Source of the DNA: Deltaproteobacteria bacterium
Lineage (GTDB): Bacteria; Myxococcota; Myxococcia; SLRQ01
Direction: 5' to 3'
Length of the DNA stretch: 64,000 bases
Assembly (NCBI GenBank): GCA_029210625.1
Contig: JARGFU010000014.1
Location: 50,956 to 114,955 of the forward strand
The position numbers and the translations under genes were made by a program. Below are positions 9,643-15,901 of the stretch, in pieces. The number at the start of each line of letters is the position of its first letter. Position 1 is the first letter of the stretch. The notes beneath the pieces were generated by a model. The model did no database searches. It saw only the letters and a list, made by a program, of their open reading frames with translations, and was not told the DNA's origin.

Positions 9643-11685
9643 TCAGAACTTGATGATCTTCGGAGGGTTGGCGCCCTCCTTGATCGTCACCGCCTCGAAG
9701 CGCTCCAGCCCGCTCGGGGGGTTCACGACCTTGATGTTGTGCTTTCCGACCGAGAGCTCGATGTTGCGGGCGGGGCTGCGGCCATGGTCCGTGCCGTCCA
9801 CGTAGACCCGGCACCAGGGGATGCAGTTCACGCTGAGCAGGCCGGTGGCGCCGGAGGCGGCTGGCTTGGTGACGGTCTCCTTGGGCGGCCTCGGCCGCTT
9901 GGGGCGCTTCGGCCGCTTCGGGGGATCGTTCTCGGCCACCACCACCGGATCGGGCTCGGGCGGCGGCGGGGGGTCCTCGACCACCGGATCGGGCTCGGGG
10001 GGCGGCGGCGGGGGATCCTCGACCACCGGATCGGGCTCGGGCGGCGGGGGCGGCGGCTCGGCGACCACCGGATCGGGGTCGGGGGTGGGATCGGGGGCCG
10101 CGATCGGATCGGTGGGGGTGGGATCCGGTGCCTTCACGGGCTCGGGATCGGCCGGCTTCACCGGGTCCGAGGGTCGCACCAGGGGCTGGGGATCACGGGA
10201 ATCGTCCGGCGTCGGGTCCCCGGAGAGCGCGAAGTAGCCGCCGACCCCGGCGAGGATCGCCACCGCTGCCCCGATGCCGATGATCTTCCCCATGGGGGAG
10301 GAGCTCGCCACCGGCTCGTCGTCGTCGTCGCCGAAGAACGCATCCTCGACGATCGGCTCCACGTCCTCGTCGAGGGCCGAGGGACGGATCTCGGAGATGT
10401 CCTTGATCCGGGTCGCCCCCTCGTCGGCGACCGGCGCCGGAGGGACGATCTCCGAGATGTCCTTGATGCGGGTCGCCCCCTCGTCGGCGGCCGCGGGCAC
10501 CGCGGGGATCTCGGAGACCGAGGAGGGCGCGATCCGGGTGGACATGTCCTCCATCCCGGGATCGGCCGCGGGCGGAGGCGCCGCCTGCGGGGCGGGCGGC
10601 GGCGGGGCGGGCGCGGGGACCTCGGCCGCCGGGCCGGCCGCGGCGACCGCCGCAGGGGCGGGCGCGGGCGCGGGCGCAGGCGCCGAGGGCACGGGCGCCC
10701 CGGGGTTGCTGGCGAACTCGGCGGCCGCCTTCTTCGGGAAGGCGAGCTTCTCCTTGATGTGTTCCTCACCGAAGAGGTGGTTGAGGAACTGCTTGAGCTG
10801 GACGTGCGAGGGCGCGTAGGTCCGCTGCGCCAGGAAGTCGTCGATCGCCTCCCGCATCGCCTGGGCCGAGGGGAAGCGGGCGTCGACGTCGCGCTCGAGC
10901 GCGCGCAGGATGATCGCCTCGAGCTCCTCGGGGAGGCTCGGCTGCAGCTGCCGCGGAGGCTTGATCTCCTCCTCGGTGACGGCGAGGAGCATCGCGAGCT
11001 GGTTGTCGCGCTGGAAGACCCGCACGCCGGTGACCATCTCGTAGAGCAGCGCCCCGAGGGCGAAGACGTCGGAGCGGGCGTCCACCAGCTTTCCCCGGGC
11101 CTGCTCCGGGGACATGTACATGAACTTGCCCTTCACCATGCCCGCCTCGGTCTTCACGATCTTGCCGGCGGCCTTGGCGATGCCGAAATCGAGCACCTTC
11201 ACCGAGCCCTGGTAGGTGACCAGGATGTTCGAGGGAGAGATGTCCCGGTGGACGATCCCCAGGGGCTCTCCGGTCTCACCGGTGAGGGTGTGGGCGTAGT
11301 GCAGGCCCTCGCAGGAGAGCGACGCGATCACCGCAGCGATCTGGGGCGGCATGACGCGGCGCTTCTTCCGCAGCAGGCGGAGGATGGAGGAGAGGTCCTC
11401 TCCCCCCAGGTACTCCATCGCCAGGAAGTAGGTCCCCTGCTCCTCACCGAAGTCGAAGACCTGCACGACGTTCGGATGAGAGAGCTGCGCCGCGAGGCGC
11501 GCCTCGTCCAGGAACATGTGGATGAACTCGTCGTCCTGGGCCAGGTGACCTAGCACCCGCTTCACCACGACGGTCTTCCCGAAGCCAGCGGGTCCTTCCT
11601 GCCTGGCAAGGAAGATCTCCGCCATTCCCCCCTGGGCGAGGGGGGTCAGCAGCTTGTATCGCCCTACGGTGTCCGGACCTTCCAT
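9643..11685 (-). CDS. Eukaryotic-like Ser/Thr protein kinase with Pro-rich linker, TM helix and C-terminal PEGA-like domain
   Basis: GGMAEIFLA...VVVKRV (Gly loop and Lys), HRDISPSNILV, DFGIAKA, SPEQ. TM segment IIGIGAAVAILAGVGGYFAL. C-terminal VYVDGTDHGRSPARNIELSVGKHNIKV. Confidence 0.9.
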   Translation of the reverse strand: MEGPDTVGRYKLLTPLAQGGMAEIFLARQEGPAGFGKTVVVKRVLGHLAQDDEFIHMFLDEARLAAQLSHPNVVQVFDFGEEQGTYFLAMEYLGGEDLSSILRLLRKKRRVMPPQIAAVIASLSCEGLHYAHTLTGETGEPLGIVHRDISPSNILVTYQGSVKVLDFGIAKAAGKIVKTEAGMVKGKFMYMSPEQARGKLVDARSDVFALGALLYEMVTGVRVFQRDNQLAMLLAVTEEEIKPPRQLQPSLPEELEAIILRALERDVDARFPSAQAMREAIDDFLAQRTYAPSHVQLKQFLNHLFGEEHIKEKLAFPKKAAAEFASNPGAPVPSAPAPAPAPAPAAVAAAGPAAEVPAPAPPPPAPQAAPPPAADPGMEDMSTRIAPSSVSEIPAVPAAADEGATRIKDISEIVPPAPVADEGATRIKDISEIRPSALDEDVEPIVEDAFFGDDDDEPVASSSPMGKIIGIGAAVAILAGVGGYFALSGDPTPDDSRDPQPLVRPSDPVKPADPEPVKAPDPTPTDPIAAPDPTPDPDPVVAEPPPPPPEPDPVVEDPPPPPPEPDPVVEDPPPPPEPDPVVVAENDPPKRPKRPKRPRPPKETVTKPAASGATGLLSVNCIPWCRVYVDGTDHGRSPARNIELSVGKHNIKVVNPPSGLERFEAVTIKEGANPPKIIKF
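9943..10085. repeat. In-frame tandem repeat (39-42 bp, about 3.3 copies) inside the kinase gene
   Basis: CACCGGATCGGGCTCGGG...TCCTCGAC units on the + strand encode EPDPVVEDPPPPPP repeats in the kinase linker. Confidence 0.85.
10385..10500. repeat. Direct duplication (about 52 bp, 60-bp period) inside the kinase gene
   Basis: Two copies encode DEGATRIKDISEI. Confidence 0.8.
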
Positions 11686-11741
11686 TGCACCCGCCAGTCT
11701 ACAGATCGCACGGAAGGCGGGTCAAAGATCCCGGGTCAACT

Positions 11742-12761
11742 TCAGTGCAGGTCGCTCGCCGGAGGCACCGGGACGAACTCGCCCCAGCCATGGCGGGCAG
11801 CGTAGGATTCGTACACGCCCTGGCAGGTGGGCTCGTAGCGGCAGCCCCCGCAGGGCTCACCCTTGACCCGCCCCTGGGCGTCGATCCGGCCGGCCTCCAG
11901 GATCCGGAAGCGGCCGTCGGCCGAGGTCTTCCCGACGCTCCGGGCCAGGGGCGAGGGGGAGCCGTCCTCGACCTCGAAGGAGGTGTACTCGGCCAGCTTC
12001 CGGACGTGGTGCGGCTCGAACTCGACGGTGATGCAGGGGGGCAGATTGGCCAGCTCGAGCTCCGTGCCCGGCGCGAGCCCCTCGGCCAGGATCGCCCGGA
12101 TCTGCCCCTGGAGCTGCTCGTAGGAGGGAAAGAGCTCGTCCATCGCCAGCAGCACCCGCCCCCGCGCGGCCAGGCCGTCGAGGCGGACGGCGGAGACCCC
12201 CATCCCGGCCAGGAGGCCATAGAGCTCGCCCAGGCGATCGACGTTGGGGCGGACCACCACGGTGCTGGTGCAGATCCGGGTCTCGTCGTCGGCGCCGGCC
12301 AGCAGCGCCCGGAGCCCCGCCACGGTCTGGTCGAAGGCCCCCTCCCGGCCGACCAGGCGATCGTGCAGCTCGGCGTCGGGGCCATGGAGCCCCACCAGGA
12401 AGGCGTTGAAGCCGGCGTCCAGGAGGTCCCGGGCGTAGCCCGGCGACCCCAGCCGCCGGCCGTTGGTCATCAGCCCGATCCGCCCGTAGCCGAGCTCGCG
12501 GGCCTGCTGCCCCAGGGCGGGCAGCTCCTCGAGGAGCGTGGGCTCGCCGGAGGTGAAGTAGACCTCGGGCGTCCCCTGATGGGCCTCGAGGAGCTCCCGG
12601 GTGCGGGACTCGGTCATGGCGGCGTTGACCACGAAGCGGAGCTCCCGATCGTCCTCCACGCAGAAGACGCAGTCGTTGTTGCACAGGGGGCCCACGTGGA
12701 GGTGGATCCGCTCCGGGCGGGAGTTCTGGGGGGGGAGATCCTTCATGGCCTCGGAGCCCAT
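11742..12761 (-). CDS. Radical SAM enzyme (rSAM paralog C)
   Basis: GPLCNNDCVFCVED; TSGEPTLL; MTNGRRLG; LHGPDAELHDRLVGREGAFDQT; C-terminal EPCGGCRYEPTCQGVYESYAARHG. Only 56 nt upstream of the kinase gene on the same strand. Confidence 0.8.
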   Translation of the reverse strand: MGSEAMKDLPPQNSRPERIHLHVGPLCNNDCVFCVEDDRELRFVVNAAMTESRTRELLEAHQGTPEVYFTSGEPTLLEELPALGQQARELGYGRIGLMTNGRRLGSPGYARDLLDAGFNAFLVGLHGPDAELHDRLVGREGAFDQTVAGLRALLAGADDETRICTSTVVVRPNVDRLGELYGLLAGMGVSAVRLDGLAARGRVLLAMDELFPSYEQLQGQIRAILAEGLAPGTELELANLPPCITVEFEPHHVRKLAEYTSFEVEDGSPSPLARSVGKTSADGRFRILEAGRIDAQGRVKGEPCGGCRYEPTCQGVYESYAARHGWGEFVPVPPASDLH

Positions 12762-12913
12762 TGTAGACCGCCCGATCCGGGGAGCCAGCCGGAGGGGGCC
12801 GCCGGCCTCCTGTCCGAGAAGAGGAGGATCTGCCTTGAAAGTCGCGGGACCGGCGGGTTAGGATTGGGGCCCAGGGTGAGCTCCCTTCACCCGACCAAGT
12901 GGGAGGCAGCAAC

Positions 12914-13501
12914 ATGTCCAGGTACGACCGTCGATCCGTCCTGAAGCTGATTGGCCTTGGTGCCGTCGCCGCCGGTACCGGCGTCGCCGCGAAGTCCGCA
13001 GTGGCCAGCACCGTGACCCAATCTTCGAACCTGGATCTCGGGCTCGCGTCGGTTCCGACCGCGGCGCCGACCGCGGTCGCCGCCCAGGCGCCCGAGGCCG
13101 TGGCCGTGGACGAGAGCTCGCCCTGGTGGCTGATCGCCCCCTACGGCGTGAACAGCAAGGTGGCCCTCTCCGAGATCCGTCACCTCCAGCACTCCCAGAG
13201 CGGCGCGGTCTTCGCGTTCCTCGTGGCCAGTAACGGCAAGCCCTACCGGATCGACATCTGCCGTCACGACGCCTCGATCGACGCCCCGGCGCCGATCGCT
13301 CGGACCGCCGGCTACGACCTCTTCATCGCCAACGAGGGCGAGGGTCAGGCCCCGACCGATCGGGAGCAGGGCCTCGCCGTCCTCGCGCTCGCCGACGCCA
13401 TCCGCTCGGCCGAGCTCGGCGGGAAGCGCCTCTCGCTCCTGACGATGCGCGAGCGCTGGACCCGCTTCAGCAAGGTCGAGCTGGGGCCCTCCCTGGCCTA
13501 G
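12914..13501 (+). CDS. Tat-signal small secreted protein of unknown function
   Basis: MSRYDRRSVLKLIGLGAVAAGTGVAAKSAVA has a twin-arginine motif (RRSVLK). GGGAGG lies 8 nt upstream of ATG 12914. I recognise no family for the mature part. Confidence 0.6.
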   Translation: MSRYDRRSVLKLIGLGAVAAGTGVAAKSAVASTVTQSSNLDLGLASVPTAAPTAVAAQAPEAVAVDESSPWWLIAPYGVNSKVALSEIRHLQHSQSGAVFAFLVASNGKPYRIDICRHDASIDAPAPIARTAGYDLFIANEGEGQAPTDREQGLAVLALADAIRSAELGGKRLSLLTMRERWTRFSKVELGPSLA

Positions 13502-13543
13502 GCCCGAAGCGCGGCCATCGGATCCTTGACCGGAGGTGGGGCG

Positions 13544-14443
13544 ATGCCGAGGTGGTTCGCCCTCCTCCTCGGGTATCGGTGCAACAACCGCTGCCTGTTC
13601 TGTGGGCAGGCGGAGGTGCGAGAAGCCGACGCCCAGCCGGTAGCGGAGCCTGCGCTCCGCGCCGCCCTCGAGGCTGCCCGTGCTTCGGGATCGCCCGGCG
13701 TCTGGCTGGTCGGCGGTGAGCCGACCCTGAGGGAGGATCTCCCCCAGCTGATCGGTCTCGCCCGGGAGGTGGGCTTCTCGCGGGTCGGCCTGCAGACCAA
13801 CGGAAGACGCCTGGCCTACGGCGGCTACCGGCAGGATCTCCTGGCGGCCGGCCTGACCGATCTCGAGGTCTCCCTCCAGGGCAGCTCCGCCGACTGCCAT
13901 GATCACCTCACCCGGGTGCCCGGCGCCTTCGAGCAGACCCTCCGGGGCCTGCGGGGCCTGAGCGGGAGCGGGCTGCGGCTCGGCCTGGCCACGCTCCTCG
14001 ACCGCTCCAACTTCCGCCACCTGGGAGAGCTGCTCCGGCTCGCCCTCCGGCTCGAGGCTCAGCACCTGCGCTGGTCCTTCCCGCAGGACCGGGGTGAGGT
14101 CCGCCAGGATCCCCGCCGCGTCGGGCCCCGCCTCACCCTCCTGGCTCCCCGGCTGCGAGCAGTTGCCGACCAGCTCGCCGCCGCGGGCGGCGGCGCGCCC
14201 CGCCCGAGCCTCGCCGGGGTGCCGGACTGTCACCACCCCGAGGGCTTCCGGAGAGGTCCGGCCGACCTCTCGGAGGGCCTGCGCACCTTCGGGGAGGCCT
14301 GCGCGGCCTGCCCCTCCCGGGAGAGCTGTCCGGGCCTCGCCGCAGGCTACGCCCGGCACCACGGCACCGCGGAGCTGACTCCCCCGGCGACGGCCCGGGA
14401 GATCCTGCCGGACGACGAGGCCCCGGGCCTCTACCTCGCCTGA
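13544..14443 (+). CDS. Radical SAM enzyme (rSAM paralog D)
   Basis: GYRCNNRCLFCGQ; VGGEPTLRED; QTNGRRLAY; LQGSSADCHDHLTRVPGAFEQT; C-terminal EACAACPSRESCPGLAAGYARHHG. GGAGGT lies 8 nt upstream of ATG 13544 (the track TTG start is 13526). Confidence 0.8.
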   Translation: MPRWFALLLGYRCNNRCLFCGQAEVREADAQPVAEPALRAALEAARASGSPGVWLVGGEPTLREDLPQLIGLAREVGFSRVGLQTNGRRLAYGGYRQDLLAAGLTDLEVSLQGSSADCHDHLTRVPGAFEQTLRGLRGLSGSGLRLGLATLLDRSNFRHLGELLRLALRLEAQHLRWSFPQDRGEVRQDPRRVGPRLTLLAPRLRAVADQLAAAGGGAPRPSLAGVPDCHHPEGFRRGPADLSEGLRTFGEACAACPSRESCPGLAAGYARHHGTAELTPPATAREILPDDEAPGLYLA

Positions 14444-14493
14444 TCCCGGCGACGGAACGAGGACGGCCGCTCCCTACGGGACGGCCGTGTTCG

Positions 14494-14511
14494 CCGGCGC
14501 GATGGCGCCGG
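14494..14511. terminator. GC hairpin between convergent genes (weak terminator candidate)
   Basis: CCGGCGC-gatg-GCGCCGG: 7-bp stem, 4-nt loop, no clear U tract. A second hairpin, ACGGCCG...CGGCCGT, lies just upstream. Confidence 0.2.
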
Positions 14512-14556
14512 ACGCTTCACGCCCCTCCAGCCGGATGGCCGGGGGCGAGAAGGGGG

Positions 14557-14919
14557 CTACCAGGAGCCGTGCGAGCCGTGGCTGCCGTGCGAGCCGTGGC
14601 TGCCGTGCGAGCCATGGCTGCCGTGCGAGCCGTGGCTGCCGTGCGAACCGTGGCTGCCGTGCGAGCCGTGGCTGCCGTGCGAGCCGTGGCTGCCGTGCGA
14701 GCCGTGCGAGCCGTGGCTGCCGTGCGAGCCGTGGCTGCCGTGCGAACCGTGGCTGCCGTGCGAACCGTGTGAGCCGTGGGAGACGTGCTGGGCGAGCAGG
14801 CGGCCGTCGCCCTCGTCGCTCTCGATGCCAGCCGAGCGCCCGGCCTGATCGACAGCCTCACTCTCGACCTTGGAGAGCATTCCCCGTGCACGCTTCTTGA
14901 AAGTCGGAATCTTGGCCAT
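14557..14919 (-). CDS. Leader + HVS-(HGS)24-W repeat peptide; candidate His-Xaa-Ser-type ribosomal precursor (HxsA-like)
   Basis: MAKIPTFKKRARGMLSKVESEAVDQAGRSAGIESDEGDGRLLAQ, then HVS, 24 x HGS, and a terminal W. GAGGGGA lies 5-6 nt upstream of ATG 14919. All variation between repeat units is synonymous only in this frame. Same strand as, and directly downstream of, the two HxsD-like genes. Confidence 0.7.
   Translation of the reverse strand: MAKIPTFKKRARGMLSKVESEAVDQAGRSAGIESDEGDGRLLAQHVSHGSHGSHGSHGSHGSHGSHGSHGSHGSHGSHGSHGSHGSHGSHGSHGSHGSHGSHGSHGSHGSHGSHGSHGSW
14563..14787 (-). repeat. 25 tandem 9-bp units with an 18-bp higher-order period
   Basis: The + strand alternates CGAGCCGTG / GCTGCCGTG, with variants CGAGCCATG (x1), CGAACCGTG (x3), TGAGCCGTG, GGAGCCGTG and GGAGACGTG. 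On the minus strand these read CAC/CAT-GGC/GGT-TCG/AGC/TCA/TCC. Confidence 0.95.
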
Positions 14920-14949
14920 GGCTTCCCCTCGGTGAAAAAAGCTGTTCGG

Positions 14950-14979
14950 ATTCTAGCAGATGCCCCCGAGCCCTGTCCT
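14950..14979 (-). promoter_or_regulatory. Candidate sigma70-like promoter for the HGS-repeat gene
   Basis: On the minus strand: AGGACA (14979-14974), 18-nt spacer, TAGAAT (14955-14950). It lies about 30 nt upstream of the ATG, in the most AT-rich stretch of this locus. Confidence 0.25.
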
Positions 14980-14983
14980 GCGG

Positions 14984-15022
14984 AAAAACGACTGGGCTGG
15001 ATCCGGGAGCGAAACTCCAGCC
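14984..15022 (-). terminator. Weak terminator-like hairpin plus T run after the second HxsD-like gene
   Basis: On the minus strand: GGCTGGA-14 nt-TCCAGCC followed by CAGTCGTTTTT. The stem is short and the loop long. Confidence 0.2.
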
Positions 15023-15048
15023 AAAGGATTTCAGGCACTTAGGCCCAA

Positions 15049-15279
15049 TCAGTCAGGGTGCCCTGCCCTCTTCTCCTCGACGGTGAGGGCCAGGACGTAG
15101 TTGGCGAACTCGGCAGTGATCGCCTCGACGTCGTCTTCCTCGTCGATGGCGTCGATCTCGAGCCGGTAATAGGGCTCGACCTCGGAGAGGACGATCCGGG
15201 CCGCCTCGCCGAAGAGCTTGATCGCCTCGTCGGTCGCCGCGCGGGAGTAGAGGCCCTGGTGCAGCTGGAGGACGCTCAC
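15049..15279 (-). CDS. Small HxsD-like protein (paralog 2, 76 aa)
   Basis: LYSRAATDEAIKLFGEAARIVL...ITAEFANYVLALTVEEK is collinear with the upstream paralog (LY-x46/47-FAN-x-(L/V)L). The GTG start overlaps the upstream TGA (GTGA). Confidence 0.5.
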   Translation of the reverse strand: MSVLQLHQGLYSRAATDEAIKLFGEAARIVLSEVEPYYRLEIDAIDEEDDVEAITAEFANYVLALTVEEKRAGHPD

Positions 15280-15779
15280 TTCTCGCCCTCGGCCGGGGCC
15301 TCCGGCGGACTCGCCGGCTCGCCTTCCTTCGGAGCGTCGCCGGACTTGCCGTACTTCTCCTCCCAGGAGAGGGCGATCCCCAGCGGATCGTCGAAGGCGT
15401 CGTCCGAGAAGTCCATCTCGTCGAAGTCGTCGAGGAAGTCACCGCCGACCGCGCCGGAGAGCGCCGAGGCCGCGACGGCCTCGATGATCGGCCGGTTGTG
15501 CTCGGCGATCCGCCGTCGCCAGGCCTGCGCCAGCAGCTCGTTGGCGAAGTCGCCGGCGATCTGCTCCGGCACGCCCGACCCGTTCCGGGGGCGGAAGGTC
15601 ACCTGCACCCGGTTCTCGGCGGGCAGGTCGAGGTAGACGAAGCTACGATCGATGAAGGTGTAGGCGGCTCCGTAGATGTCGTCGAGGTCGTAGAGCTCGA
15701 GGGGGAAGGTCGCCTTGACCACACCCTCGCTCTCGCTCACCTCGATCTGCTCCCCGGCCGCGTTCTTCGAGTCACTCAT
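15276..15779 (-). CDS. HxsD-like protein (paralog 1, 167 aa) with an acidic C-terminal tail
   Basis: Only the last 504 nt of the 827-aa track ORF are used. MSDSKNAAGEQIEVSESEGVVKATFPLELYDLDDIYGAAYTFIDRSFVYLDL...GDFANELLAQAWRRRIAEHNRPII resembles the LLNDYxLRE-type C-terminal motif I recall for HxsD (TIGR03976). ATG 15779 is verified, with AAGGACAGG upstream. Confidence 0.55.
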   Translation of the reverse strand: MSDSKNAAGEQIEVSESEGVVKATFPLELYDLDDIYGAAYTFIDRSFVYLDLPAENRVQVTFRPRNGSGVPEQIAGDFANELLAQAWRRRIAEHNRPIIEAVAASALSGAVGGDFLDDFDEMDFSDDAFDDPLGIALSWEEKYGKSGDAPKEGEPASPPEAPAEGEK

Positions 15780-15827
15780 CCCTGTCCTTTCGATGGCGAG
15801 GCCGCTCCTTCGCCTCGCGGGCACCGT

Positions 15828-15856
15828 ATATTGGTGCACTCGCTGCGATCGATCAA
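15828..15856 (-). promoter_or_regulatory. Candidate promoter for the HxsD-like gene pair
   Basis: On the minus strand: TTGATC (15856-15851), 17-nt spacer, CAATAT (15833-15828). Confidence 0.2.
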
Positions 15857-15877
15857 CCGGCGAATGCTCCCGGGCGA

Positions 15878-15900
15878 GAGGGGGCCCTCCGGGGCCCCTC
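15878..15900 (-). terminator. GC-rich hairpin immediately after the MCP stop codon
   Basis: GAGGGGGCCC-tcc-GGGGCCCCTC: 9 of 10 positions pair, 3-nt loop, no U tract. Confidence 0.3.
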
Positions 15901-15901
15901 A

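Noticed and set aside
14563-14787. Possible CRISPR array or non-coding microsatellite.
   Set aside because: The units are 9 bp with no spacers. The length is an exact multiple of 3, and variation is strictly synonymous in one frame. It is a coding repeat.
14487-14900. Plus-strand ORFs across the repeat: a 137-aa SRGCRA-repeat ORF, and the 14569..14772 AAVRAV-repeat ORF.
   Set aside because: The repeat keeps several frames open. In these frames the unit-to-unit substitutions are nonsynonymous (SRG/SHG/NRG). I identified no RBS or leader region for them. They run antisense to the HxsD-like operon context.
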